Below are positions 10,670 to 20,497 of a DNA stretch of 64,000 nucleotides, one piece after another. A model generated the notes under the pieces. It saw only the letters and a program-made list of their open reading frames with translations, had not been told where the DNA came from and ran no database searches. The position numbers were made by a program, and so were the translations under genes. Origin of the DNA: an uncultured Spirochaetota bacterium (lineage in GTDB: Bacteria > Spirochaetota > Spirochaetia > SZUA-6 > Fen-1364); contig CAWAHW010000002.1 of the NCBI GenBank assembly GCA_963781885.1, forward strand, positions 1,498,741 to 1,562,740, written 5' to 3'. Each line of letters opens with the position of its first letter. The stretch's first letter is position 1.

Positions 10670-12169
10670 TCAGTCGTTCAAGACGTAGTCGTACCAGAAC
10701 TTCTGCGCCCGCGTGAGCGCGAGGTCGACGTGGATATGCTTGACCTGCGTGAACTCCAGGAGACCGTGCGGCCCGAGCTCGCGGCCGACGCCGGACTGCT
10801 TGTACCCGCCAAAGGGGGCAAGCGCGTTCAGCAGGTGATAGTCGTTGATCCACACCGTGCCGGTCCTGATCCGGCGGGCGATGGAGATTGCCTTCGGGAT
10901 GTCGCGGGAAAAGACCGCCCCGCCCAGGCCATAGATGCTGTCGTTCGCCATGGCGATGGCCTGGTTCACGTCGTTATAGCTGATGACGGAGAGCACGGGA
11001 CCGAATATCTCCTCCTGGGCGATCACCGAGCCGTTTTCGACATGGTCGAAGATGGTCGGCTGGATGAACCAACCCTTTGCAAGGTGCGACGGCCGACCGC
11101 CTCCGCAGACCACGTACGCCCCTGCCTTTCTCCCCTTGTCGACATAGCCCAGTACCTTGTCAAACTGGGTCTTGTTGATCACGGGGCCCATTGAGGTGTC
11201 GAAATCGGCAGTATCCCCCACCTTGATGTGAGAGGCGCGATCCTTGAGGCGTTCTACAAACTCGTCGTGCAGGGAGGAGGGAACGAAGCAGCGCGTGCCG
11301 GATTCACAGAGCTGGCCCGCGTGAAAAAAGGTCCCGAACAGGGCCCCGTCCACGGCGATCTCCATGTCCGCGTCGTCGCAGATAATGGTGGGGCTCTTCC
11401 CGCCCAGCTCCAAGGTGACCTTCTTGACCGTATCCGCGGCAAGCTTCATGACGTGCCGGCCCGTCTCCGTGGAGCCCGTCAGCGCCACCTTGTCCACCAT
11501 GGGATTGGTGCAAAGCTCTTCCCCCACCGTTGCGCCGGGGCCGGGCACCACGTTCAGGACGCCGTCCGGCAGCCCGCACTCCGCGGCGGTCCTGGCGATT
11601 TCAAGCGCCGTCAGGGGTGTGTCGGATGCCGGCTTGAGGACCAGTGAATTGCCCATGATGAGGGCCGGGGCGATCTTCCACACCGCCATCATGAAGGGCA
11701 GATTCCAGGGAATAATGCCGGCGCAGACGCCAATCGGCTCGCGCTGGACGAAATTCCAGGATATGGCCGGCATGTCGATCCAGGGCAGCGGCTCATACGT
11801 GGGCATCTTTTCGCCAAGCTCGACGAGCGCTTTGAAATGCTCGATGCCGATCGGGATGTCCATCATGGAAGTCTTGCGTATGGTCGCCCCTGAGTCCCGC
11901 GACTCAATGCCCGCAAGCTCGTCCTGGCGCTCCTTCAGGCGCTCCACGACGCGCATGAGGAGCCGCGCGCGCGCTTTGACCTCCATGCCGCTCCAGATCC
12001 GTGAATCGAATGATTTTCGTGCGGCCTCGATGGCGCACCGCGCGTCTTCCCTGCCACCCACGGCGACCTGCGCGATCGGCTCTTCGGTTGCGGGGTTGAT
12101 GCTCGGCCGTGTTTCGCACGTGCTGGAATCGACGAATTTCCCGTCGATGTAGAGTTGGTATTTTTCCAC
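10670..12169 (-). CDS. NAD(P)-dependent aldehyde dehydrogenase
   Basis: PWNLP, KPAS, TGSTETG, LELGGKSP, catalytic GQLC, EEIFGPV, PFGGYKQSG. Confidence 0.95.
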   Translation of the reverse strand: MEKYQLYIDGKFVDSSTCETRPSINPATEEPIAQVAVGGREDARCAIEAARKSFDSRIWSGMEVKARARLLMRVVERLKERQDELAGIESRDSGATIRKTSMMDIPIGIEHFKALVELGEKMPTYEPLPWIDMPAISWNFVQREPIGVCAGIIPWNLPFMMAVWKIAPALIMGNSLVLKPASDTPLTALEIARTAAECGLPDGVLNVVPGPGATVGEELCTNPMVDKVALTGSTETGRHVMKLAADTVKKVTLELGGKSPTIICDDADMEIAVDGALFGTFFHAGQLCESGTRCFVPSSLHDEFVERLKDRASHIKVGDTADFDTSMGPVINKTQFDKVLGYVDKGRKAGAYVVCGGGRPSHLAKGWFIQPTIFDHVENGSVIAQEEIFGPVLSVISYNDVNQAIAMANDSIYGLGGAVFSRDIPKAISIARRIRTGTVWINDYHLLNALAPFGGYKQSGVGRELGPHGLLEFTQVKHIHVDLALTRAQKFWYDYVLND

Positions 12170-12305
12170 AACCCCTCCTCTGTAGCACTTTGCAGGCGAT
12201 ACCTTACCAGCAAATGTATAAAAGGGCTTAAGGCGAGACTATAACATAAGTTCTTTGCTCATGAAAGAGAAATGTGGAGTTTTTAGAGGTAAGCTGAGAG
12301 GACGT

Positions 12306-13154
12306 TTAGGTGGTAAAGATATTGTTGATCTTCTGCTTATAGCTCAGAGGCGGCTCCGACGAGAACTGGATGCTCAGCGCAACCAGGTCATCGTGGCCCT
12401 GCACGTCTTCCACCCGCACGATGCTGCCATCCAGGACCGTTTCATCCTTCAGCTCGCATCGGGCGAGCTTCAGCAGCACCTTCTTTTCACTCTGTGGCGT
12501 GACGACGGCGCTCAGGAGAATTTTTGCCCCTCCGAAGGATATGTCCCTCAGGATGCATCGCCGTGGGGCTCCCGCGATGGCGACGCAGCTCTCCTTTGAT
12601 TCAAGCCCGATCTTCCGCATCACTTCCGGCGTCACGACGATCCGCTCATCCCGGCGGCGCAGCGCGTTGCCCTTGATTTCCAGGAGCGATCCCAGGGCGC
12701 CGATGAGGAGGTCCGAGGGACGCTGCGTGAAGACAAGGGTGATGAAGCGCACCTGCGGCTTCTGCGGGTGATACTCGGAGAGGCTTTCCGCTCGGCAGGC
12801 GACGAAAAACGTGACCGGCGCACGGTCGCCCTTCTCCACGAAACCGAGACGCAGCGAGGTCACGCTGTTGGCCCGGGAAAGCGTCTCCGTGATGGACGGG
12901 CTCACCTCCGCGATCACCCGGGCGCCCTTCATCGAGCAGGCGTAGAGAACGCAAGGCACGTGCTTCTCCCCGATCTTCAGGTGAACGTCTCCCGTGCTGA
13001 GCCCGCTTTCAAGGATGACTTGCGCGTTGAAAGTGACTTCTTTTTCTTGATATGTATTGTAAAGCTGTGATAGGTGCTGCGATGAAAGTGTCACTATTAC
13101 TGGCCCTCCCTCTGAAGCATCCGACAAAATACCCCCCTTCTGCCGATCCGTCAA
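12306..13154 (-). CDS. PilZ domain c-di-GMP-binding protein (spirochaete PlzA-like, N-terminal PilZN-like domain)
   Basis: RxxxR (RRDER) and DxSxxG (DISFGG) motifs in the C-terminal domain; true start probably ~50 nt downstream. Confidence 0.8.
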   Translation of the reverse strand: MTDRQKGGILSDASEGGPVIVTLSSQHLSQLYNTYQEKEVTFNAQVILESGLSTGDVHLKIGEKHVPCVLYACSMKGARVIAEVSPSITETLSRANSVTSLRLGFVEKGDRAPVTFFVACRAESLSEYHPQKPQVRFITLVFTQRPSDLLIGALGSLLEIKGNALRRRDERIVVTPEVMRKIGLESKESCVAIAGAPRRCILRDISFGGAKILLSAVVTPQSEKKVLLKLARCELKDETVLDGSIVRVEDVQGHDDLVALSIQFSSEPPLSYKQKINNIFTT

Positions 13155-13156
13155 TA

Positions 13157-13185
13157 TTGTCCAGGACCGCCAACGCTGTTACTAT
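13157..13185 (+). promoter_or_regulatory. Leaderless sigma70-type promoter
   Basis: TTGTCC-N17-TACTAT (extended TG), ATG 7 nt downstream, no RBS. Confidence 0.55.
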
Positions 13186-13192
13186 CTGATAC

Positions 13193-13702
13193 ATGGCCAC
13201 AGTCATCGTGCTTGCGCTCCTCGCGGTAGGCCTGTACCTGGTTTTCTTTGTTTTCTTCCCCATCGGCAGGGGCGCCATCTATGACCCCAGCAGCAAGGCC
13301 GAAGCGGAAATCATGGCGGGGCTCGCGGACGTGCGCGAGGGAACGCGCGCGGCAGACCTCGGGTCGGGCGACGGCCGGGTGGTGATCGCCCTTGCGCGCC
13401 TTGGCGCGGACGCGCACGGCTATGAGATAAACCCGATCCTGGTGGCGGTCTCCCGCCGCAATATCCGTCGCGAGGGCCTCAGCGGCAGGGCCCACATACA
13501 CTGGGGGAATTTCTGGCGAAGGAGCCTCTCCCGCTACGAGCTGATCACCGTATTCCAGGTGGGATTCGTCATGGCGCGCCTGGAGGCGAAGCTGCGCAGG
13601 GAATTGGCCCCCGGCTCCGCCGTCGTCTCACACTACTGGCGATTTCCCGGACTGCGGCCCGAGCGCACGCAGGGCAACATCTACCGGTATCGCTTGGGGT
13701 AA
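13193..13702 (+). CDS. Small SAM-dependent methyltransferase with N-terminal TM anchor
   Basis: DLGSGDGR motif I, GYEINP, N-terminal hydrophobic helix. Confidence 0.85.
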   Translation: MATVIVLALLAVGLYLVFFVFFPIGRGAIYDPSSKAEAEIMAGLADVREGTRAADLGSGDGRVVIALARLGADAHGYEINPILVAVSRRNIRREGLSGRAHIHWGNFWRRSLSRYELITVFQVGFVMARLEAKLRRELAPGSAVVSHYWRFPGLRPERTQGNIYRYRLG

Positions 13703-13736
13703 TGAGGCCGCAAGGGCGGCCAGTCCTGGGAAACGG

Positions 13737-14924
13737 CTATTTCTTCCCCGACAGGATCATTGAGAACCACCACGGGATCGTGATGAAATTCCCGATTGCA
13801 GCGCCGAGTGTTGAAAGAAAAAAGACGATGAGGATGTGCGTGACCCGGTTCGTGTAGAATCCCTTGAAGCTCCCGACGTCCTCTGACAGGCTTTCCACGT
13901 CCTTTACCCGCGGTTTTCGCAGGAACGCTTCGGTGACGCCCGTGAACAGCCCAATTTTTCCGAATGGATTCATGGTTCCAATCGGGGCCATGACGAAAGC
14001 AACGACGATGGTGATCGGGTGCGCAAGGGAAAGGGCGGCGCCCACCGCGGCAAGCCCGCCGTGGATGATGACCCAGCGCAGGAGCATCGCACCCGTCATG
14101 CTCCAGCCCGCCTTGATGAAGCCGGCCGCGAACAAGGCAATGATGATGCCCGGGATGGCCCAGGGAAGCACCCGACCCGCCACGGTTCTCGGTGCAAGCT
14201 CGTCCAGGGAGGTGACGTCGACCGCCTTCTGGTTCTCGGCAAAGCTCGTGATGTGCGCCGCAATCCCCGGCAGGTGCCCCGCCCCTACGACCGCCACGAT
14301 GCGCTTCCCTTCAGCTTCAAAAATACGCGCCGCAAGGTACAGGTCGCGCTCGTCGATCAGGACCGCCTTTGCCGCCGGGAGAAAATCGGAAAGCTCCTCC
14401 ATCATGCTCTGCAGGACGTCCTTCTCCTTGAGCTTCTCGATGTCTTCCGCGCTCAGCTTCTCATTTGAGAAGACGGAGGCGACCATGGCGGAAAGCATCT
14501 TCATCTTGCCCCAGAAGCGCGTCTTGCTCCACGCCCGGCGCAGCGTGGTCTGGATGTTGCGGTCGCAAAGGGAGAACGGGATGCCCAGCTCCTGTGCCGT
14601 CTGCACGGCGGCGAGCATGTCCTCGCCCGGCTTCACGCCGAGGTCCTTGCCCAGCCTTCGCTGGAAGGAAGCAAGCACAAGGTTTGCCATGAGCAGGAAG
14701 CCCTTGCCCTGACGGATCACCTTCCCGACGTTCAGGTTCTGCCAGTTGCTTCCCTGGGTCATCGAGGTATGCCGGCCCTCGTCGAGCTCCACGCACACGC
14801 GGTCGGGTTTCTCCTCCGCGATGACGCTTCGCACCTCGTCGACACTCTCCCGCGAGACATGCGCCGTGCCGACAAGCACGATCTCCCTGTCGCCGACCGC
14901 AAGCCTCACCCTCTGCTGTTCCAT
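13737..14924 (-). CDS. TraB/GumN (pheromone-shutdown-like) family protein
   Basis: LVGTAHVS, VCVELD, LIDERD, VVGAGH plus C-terminal TM region. Confidence 0.9.
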   Translation of the reverse strand: MEQQRVRLAVGDREIVLVGTAHVSRESVDEVRSVIAEEKPDRVCVELDEGRHTSMTQGSNWQNLNVGKVIRQGKGFLLMANLVLASFQRRLGKDLGVKPGEDMLAAVQTAQELGIPFSLCDRNIQTTLRRAWSKTRFWGKMKMLSAMVASVFSNEKLSAEDIEKLKEKDVLQSMMEELSDFLPAAKAVLIDERDLYLAARIFEAEGKRIVAVVGAGHLPGIAAHITSFAENQKAVDVTSLDELAPRTVAGRVLPWAIPGIIIALFAAGFIKAGWSMTGAMLLRWVIIHGGLAAVGAALSLAHPITIVVAFVMAPIGTMNPFGKIGLFTGVTEAFLRKPRVKDVESLSEDVGSFKGFYTNRVTHILIVFFLSTLGAAIGNFITIPWWFSMILSGKK

Positions 14925-15112
14925 TCCGTTCCTTTCCAGCCGTCCGCCGATCGCTCTGTGTAGCCCGATCTTGCCGTTTATTCAAGCCGCGGCCGCGCGC
15001 TGCCCCGCAAGCCCCGGCCGTCGGGGTGCCTTGCCCCTGCCCGGGCCTCAATGGCATCCTTGTTTGCGTCGATATTCGGGATAGACCCCGTGGCCAGGAG
15101 GGATGCCGTCTC

Positions 15113-16268
15113 GTGAGCACCGTTTGTCCCAAATGCGGTTTCGACCTCGAACCAGGCGCACCGTGCCCGATGTGCGGGTATTCTGCCGACTCCCGGGCAG
15201 CAGTCAGCCGCGCCCGCGCGGAGCCCCCGGAAGAAAAGCAACCGCGGCACCCTTGGCGTTCTTGGCGCGGCCGTCTTCGGCCTCCTGGCTGTCCTTGTCT
15301 TCTTCATCCTGAGCGATCTGAGCAAGCAGTCAAAGGAAAACACTTCCGCGGCCGCTGCATCCGTTTCGGCAGCTCCGGTGCCCAGCACGGCGCCGTCCGC
15401 GACAACGTCGCCTGAGGCCGCCGCCGGGGCTCAGCCTGCTGCGTTGAGCCATGCCTTGATCGATGAGAACGAAAAGGCATTCGACATCAGCAAGCGCACC
15501 GAATCCCCTCCCACGACCACCAAGACGGCATTCATCGCATGGATGACATCGCACACCGACCAGACAGCCCGGTACCTATCCCTGAAGTGGGACCTGGCGC
15601 AGAAGATGCTCCGCGCCAAATCGATCACGCACCAGCGCACCCTTGAGGCGTTCCTGCTCGCGCCGCGCGAATTTTTTGCGCGCGACACGCGGCGCGCCTA
15701 CGACGATGCCGCGCTCCCCATCGGCTACGGACAGACCATCTCTGGTCCGCAGATGGTCGGGCGCATGACGGACTACCTCGACGTGCAGCCCGAGCAGAAG
15801 GTGCTGGAGATCGGCACGGGCTCCGGCTATCAGTCGGCCGTGCTCTCCGAGCTTTCCAATCACGTCTTCACGATCGAAATCGTGTCCAAGCTCGCGCAGC
15901 AGACTGACGCCATCTATCGGAAAAAAGAGACCGTCTATCCCGAATACAAGAACATCCAGCGCAAGATCGACGACGGCTACTACGGATGGCTGGAGCATGC
16001 CCCGTTCGACAGGATCATCGTCACCTGCGGCATCGATCACGTGCCGCCCGAGCTCATCCAGGAGCTTGCCCCGGATGGGATCATGGTCATTCCGGTGGGA
16101 CCGCCTTCGGGTCAGACGATTCTCAGGATCGTCAAGCACGTCAATGCGGACGGCTCCGTGAGCCTCGACCGCGAGGACATATTCCAGGGCAAGAAGAAGC
16201 AGGTCTTCGTGCCCTTCACGAGCAGGGACGGCCTGCACAGGCTGGATACCGGGAAACCCCAGAAATGA
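15113..16268 (+). CDS. pcm: Protein-L-isoaspartate O-methyltransferase with N-terminal zinc ribbon, TM helix and Ala/Ser/Pro linker (apparent frameshift ~15180-15225)
   Basis: PIMT motifs GQTISGP, VLEIGTGSGYQ, APFDRIIVT, MVIPVG; in-frame upstream of 15378 lies RKKSNRG-TLGVLGAAVFGLLAVLVFFIL; CPKC..CPMC lies in another frame from GTG 15113 after AGGAGG. Confidence 0.75.
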
Positions 16269-18868
16269 GGCTTCGCGCGATGCGCCTCTCCGACACGCGC
16301 TTCACGGCACTCTTCCTGGTGTCCGTGGTGATCCTTGCCTTCGAGATCGAGGTCATGCGCGTCTTCTCCACCACGAGCTGGTCCAACTTCGGCTCCATGG
16401 TGATCAGCATCGGCCTCCTTGGGTTCGGGCTTTCCGGAACCGTCCTGACGCTTTTTGGAGAGCGTCTGCGCGCCAATCCCGACTCCTGGCTGTCCTCCTC
16501 AGCTTTCGCGCTCGCACCTTCGCTTGCCATCGCCCACACCGTCGCCCAACGCGTTCCCTTCAATCCGGTCCTGATTGCAACCGATCCCAGCCAGCTCTGG
16601 TGGATCGGGCTTTATTACGTCCTGTATGGCATTCCCTTTTTCATTGCCGGCATCTTCATCGGTGCGATGTTCGCCGCGCTTTCCGGCCGCATGCATTCCC
16701 TTTATTTCTGGAACATGATCGGGTCCGGCCTTGGCGGGCTCCTTGTGCTCGTGTTCATGTTCCTGTTTCCGCCCAGCTACCTGATCTACCCCCTTGTTGG
16801 CGTGGCGATTCTTCCCGCGCTCCTCTGCTGCGTGCAGTGGAGCACTGAAAGGGACACGTTCGTCCTGCGCGCCATGGAGGCTCTGATCTGCATCGTGATG
16901 GGAGCAATGAGCCTGCTGCTCCTTGCCCGCTTCGGCGGCGCCCACGTGTCGGATTTCAAGCCGGAAAGCTACGCGCGCACGTATCCGGACTCCAAGCTCG
17001 TCTATGAATCCTGGAGCCCGCTGGGAGAAACGCGAGTCTTTTCAAGCTCCTATTTCCACTTCGCGCCCGGCCTGAGCGACGCGGCGAGCGTCAGCCTTGC
17101 AAAGATGCCGCAGAACGCGTTCCTGGGCATGTACGTGGACGGCAACGGGCCCGTGGGCATCATGCGCAGGATGAGCGACGAGGAGAAGGGATACATCGAT
17201 TACCTTCCCATGTCCGCGCCGTATCGCCTCCTCACGAGGCCGAGGGTGCTCCTCCTGCGTCTCGGGGGCGGCGCGGGAATACAGACGGCCCTGTACCACG
17301 ATTCGCGCGATGTCTGGGTGGTGGAATCGAATCCCGACCTCATCCACATGCTTCGCGACGTGCCCTATTTCACCTCCTACACGGGCGACGTGCTGCGCAA
17401 TCCGCGCGTGAAGCTCGTGCCGTCCGAGGTGCGTGCATTCGCGGCGTCCACGAAGGAGCGATTCGACCTGGTGGAAATCGGCCTTATCGATTCCATCGGA
17501 CTTTCCCAGGCCGGCGGTTACTCGGTGGAGGAGAACTACACCTACACGGAGGAAGCAATCAGGGAGTACCTGAAATGCCTTTCACCCGGGGGAATGCTTT
17601 CCATCACCGTCTGGGACAGGCTCAGCCCGCCGCGGAACGTGCCCAAGCTGCTCTCCACCGTGAACGAAGCGCTGCGGCGTGCCGGCGTGCCCAACCCCGA
17701 GAAAAAAGTCTTTGTCTTCAGCCTGCTGCTTTCAACAGCGACAGTGCTCGTGAAAAACGGCGATTTCACCGCCGATGAAATCGCGAAGCTCACGCAGTAC
17801 TGCCAGCGCATGTCATTCGACGTGGACTACGCCCCGGGCGTTCCCGCGACGACAACGAGCTTCGAGAGCATCCTGGCGGAGTATGGAAAGTTGTATGGAG
17901 TGGGATCTGAGGCGGGGGCAGACACCGCGGACAGCTCGATCCCGCTGCTCCCGAAGGAGCTTTACCGGGATTCGATGCTCTGGCAGTTTGCCGGAAGACA
18001 GGAAGAGCTCTATCAACGCTACATTTTCGATATTCGGCCTGCCACGGACGACAAGCCGTATTATTCGGGTTATCTGAAGCCGGCCACTCTTCCCCGATTC
18101 GCCGTCCACCTTGGCGAGATTCCAGAGGAATGGGGTTACATCCTTCTTCTTGCCACGTTCGTGCAGTCGCTCATCTTCGGTCTGCTGGTGATCCTGGTCC
18201 CCGTGACCACGCGCTGGCGCGAGCTTTTCAGGGCCCGGCGCGGCACACTGGGGGTGATCCTCTATTTCGCCTGCCTGGGGCTTGGCTACATGATGGCCGA
18301 GATTTACCTCATCCAGAAGTTCGTTTTCTACCTGATGGATCCCGTCTATGCCAATTCCCTGGTCATCACGATTCTTTTGATTGCGTCAGGCTTCGGAAGC
18401 GTCGTTTCCGCGCGTTTTTCCGCAAAGCGATGGATAGCCGTTGCCGTGGCCTGCGGCGGCATTCTCCTGATGACGGCATTTTGCCTTTTTGGCCTCACGC
18501 CCGCGCTCAACGCCACCCTTGGCCTTCCCCTGGTGGTAAAGGCCCTCCTGTCGATCGTCTTTATCGCGCCGCTGGGTCTTTGCCTCGGGGTCCCCTTCCC
18601 CACCGCTCTTTCAGCTCTTTCGGAATCGCGGAAAGGAATCATCCCCTGGGCATGGGGTGTCAACGGCGCTCTGTCAGTCAGCGGTTCCGTGCTGACACGG
18701 ATCCTGTCCACGTCACTTGGATTCAGCACTGTCCTTGCAATAATGGCAGCGCTCTATCTTGTTGCGGCCGCCATCTTTCCAGTGAACGCGCTGCGCACGC
18801 GCCTGAAAGAGCAGAACGGCCTCCTTGCAAAGGCCGACGGCATGAGGCAGCAGGCGGGCGTTATTTAA
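16265..18868 (+). CDS. Large polytopic membrane protein with central spermidine-synthase-like SAM-dependent methyltransferase domain
   Basis: N- and C-terminal TM bundles; central VLLLRLGGGAG, VVESNP, RFDLVEI, YTEEAIREYL, WAWGVNG; ATGA overlap with pcm stop. Confidence 0.8.
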   Translation: MRLRAMRLSDTRFTALFLVSVVILAFEIEVMRVFSTTSWSNFGSMVISIGLLGFGLSGTVLTLFGERLRANPDSWLSSSAFALAPSLAIAHTVAQRVPFNPVLIATDPSQLWWIGLYYVLYGIPFFIAGIFIGAMFAALSGRMHSLYFWNMIGSGLGGLLVLVFMFLFPPSYLIYPLVGVAILPALLCCVQWSTERDTFVLRAMEALICIVMGAMSLLLLARFGGAHVSDFKPESYARTYPDSKLVYESWSPLGETRVFSSSYFHFAPGLSDAASVSLAKMPQNAFLGMYVDGNGPVGIMRRMSDEEKGYIDYLPMSAPYRLLTRPRVLLLRLGGGAGIQTALYHDSRDVWVVESNPDLIHMLRDVPYFTSYTGDVLRNPRVKLVPSEVRAFAASTKERFDLVEIGLIDSIGLSQAGGYSVEENYTYTEEAIREYLKCLSPGGMLSITVWDRLSPPRNVPKLLSTVNEALRRAGVPNPEKKVFVFSLLLSTATVLVKNGDFTADEIAKLTQYCQRMSFDVDYAPGVPATTTSFESILAEYGKLYGVGSEAGADTADSSIPLLPKELYRDSMLWQFAGRQEELYQRYIFDIRPATDDKPYYSGYLKPATLPRFAVHLGEIPEEWGYILLLATFVQSLIFGLLVILVPVTTRWRELFRARRGTLGVILYFACLGLGYMMAEIYLIQKFVFYLMDPVYANSLVITILLIASGFGSVVSARFSAKRWIAVAVACGGILLMTAFCLFGLTPALNATLGLPLVVKALLSIVFIAPLGLCLGVPFPTALSALSESRKGIIPWAWGVNGALSVSGSVLTRILSTSLGFSTVLAIMAALYLVAAAIFPVNALRTRLKEQNGLLAKADGMRQQAGVI

Positions 18869-19055
18869 TCCGCGCCAGCGCCTCCGCGATTTTTGGCGTG
18901 CGTTCTGGATCAAGCCACGCGCGCTCCATCCAGAACCCACGCACAACCTCGGAGCGCATCACCGGCTCTCCCGCGGCAAACTCGACAAGGATTTCTCCCT
19001 CACGCTTATAGAAGCGATGGGCAAGAGTCTCCGGGTCCAGCACCCAGTACTCCCC
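18861..19055 (-). pseudogene. Uma2-family endonuclease C-terminal remnant
   Basis: EYWVLDPET..RFY...RSEVVRGFW..AWL matches the Uma2 C-terminus; N-terminal part is absent. Confidence 0.6.
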
Positions 19056-19201
19056 AGGACAATTGAAAGGCGCCGGTAGTATTGACTCGCGCTTTCTGGA
19101 GCGTGGTCACCCACGCTTCAAGCGCCGTTGCCCCTGCCGTTTGAATCAGCGATTCCGAGCTGGCGAAGGAGTGCAGAGCGGTCCGGAATTTCACCGAACG
19201 A

Positions 19202-19230
19202 TTGACCGACCAAGCTGAATCTCATAGGCT
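19202..19230 (+). promoter_or_regulatory. Leaderless sigma70-type promoter for the DUF4160/DUF2442 pair
   Basis: TTGACC-N17-TAGGCT, GTG start 6 nt downstream. Confidence 0.6.
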
Positions 19231-19236
19231 GATTGT

Positions 19237-19473
19237 GTGCCTACTATTGCCCAGATTGGGCCTTATCGACTATTTTTCTACTCGAGTGACCGCAACGAAC
19301 CAGTACATGTTCACGTGGAAAGAGAGGACAAGGTTGCAAAGGTTTGGCTCGATCCCGTTGCTTTGGAACAAAGCGGGGGGTTTGGGAGGAAGGAAATATC
19401 TGACGTTCTTGACATCGTGTCACAACACGAGAAGTCGATCTTAAGGAGCTGGAATGAGTTCTTCGAACACTGA
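19237..19473 (+). CDS. DUF4160 family protein (putative TA toxin)
   Basis: MPTI..GPYRLFFYS.DRNEPVHVHV..AKVWL...WNEFF. Confidence 0.85.
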   Translation: MPTIAQIGPYRLFFYSSDRNEPVHVHVEREDKVAKVWLDPVALEQSGGFGRKEISDVLDIVSQHEKSILRSWNEFFEH

Positions 19474-19753
19474 TCTGAGGGTATCCCGAATAAGCGATGT
19501 TAGAGTCACCAAGGACACGTTATCAGTGGAGCTCGAAGATGGACGGACAATCTCCATCCCCCTCGGATGGTATCCGCGCCTGCACTTTGGCTCTTCCGAA
19601 GAACGACTCAACTGGCATCTCATCGGGGCAGGAGAGGGCGTGCGCTGGCCCGCCCTGGACGAAGATGTCAGTGTGGAAGATTTGATTCTTGGCAGGCGAT
19701 CAGGGGAGAGTCAAGCGTCGTTGAAACGGTGGCGAGAGAGCCACAGAACTTAA
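19454..19753 (+). CDS. DUF2442 family protein (putative antitoxin)
   Basis: LSVELEDGRTISIPLGWYPRL...GVRWPALDEDVSVE; overlaps the DUF4160 gene. Confidence 0.87.
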   Translation: MSSSNTDLRVSRISDVRVTKDTLSVELEDGRTISIPLGWYPRLHFGSSEERLNWHLIGAGEGVRWPALDEDVSVEDLILGRRSGESQASLKRWRESHRT

Positions 19754-19801
19754 TTCAGGCAGGCCACCCCGCGAAAAATATTGCACCACTGGAGTGATGA
19801 A

Positions 19802-20047
19802 ATGATTCCCGGATTGGAACGGGCGCTCTATGTGAAGAATTTTACGATTCACCTTCGTTTTACTGACGGAGCTGAAGGCGATGTAGACTTGCATGATGAG
19901 TTGCATGGGGAGATTTTCCAGCCATTACGGGACAAGAAGCTATTCCAGCAATTCTCCGTCCATCCGGAATTTTACACGCTTACTTGGTCCAACGGCGCAG
20001 ACATTGCCCCGGAGTTTCTTTATGAAAGACTCCGCAGCCCTATCTGA
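19802..20047 (+). CDS. Second DUF2442-type protein (NE0471 N-terminal-like), orphan
   Basis: LRFTDGAEGDVDL..ELHGEIFQPLRD..F...TLTWSNGADIAPEFLYE. Confidence 0.8.
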   Translation: MIPGLERALYVKNFTIHLRFTDGAEGDVDLHDELHGEIFQPLRDKKLFQQFSVHPEFYTLTWSNGADIAPEFLYERLRSPI

Positions 20048-20122
20048 AGGTCGAAGATCCGCGGTCCAAGCACAATAATGCAGGGAGAAGGGATCCACCA
20101 TCCGTCTGATTTTTTGGCAGCA

Positions 20123-20497
20123 TCACCAGTGGGCCGAAGGAAAATGGGCAAGTATCGATTCATCCTTTGTCACAAGGACGACTCCGGCGGAAATCGCCTG
20201 GGCAACGATGATCCGATCGAATGGATCCCGGGTCCAGCTTTGGCCGATTGCCCGCGCCATGACCGCCGGGAATGATGAAGCGTCCTGTTCGAGACCCAAC
20301 GTCTCATGGAGGTAGGTGAGAATATCGCCGGGGCTTGAACGGAGCCGGCCTATTTCATGCAGATAGGCCATTTCCAGCAGAACCACGGGAGAGATCGCCA
20401 GGCTTTCCTGTTCAAGTGACTCGCGCACCGGGACTGGAAAGCGGGATAGGTCCCCTTGATAGAGCCAGACCACGACGTGCGTATCGAGGTGAATCAC
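20123..20497 (-). CDS. VapC-type PIN domain toxin
   Basis: LDTHVVVW, E in SPVVLLE, RDPFDRII, LVTKD. Confidence 0.9.
   Translation of the reverse strand: MIHLDTHVVVWLYQGDLSRFPVPVRESLEQESLAISPVVLLEMAYLHEIGRLRSSPGDILTYLHETLGLEQDASSFPAVMARAIGQSWTRDPFDRIIVAQAISAGVVLVTKDESILAHFPSAHW

Noticed and set aside
13737-14924. TraB as evidence of a conjugative element
   Set aside because: It is the TraB/GumN pheromone-shutdown-like family, not a T4SS component; no other tra genes are present
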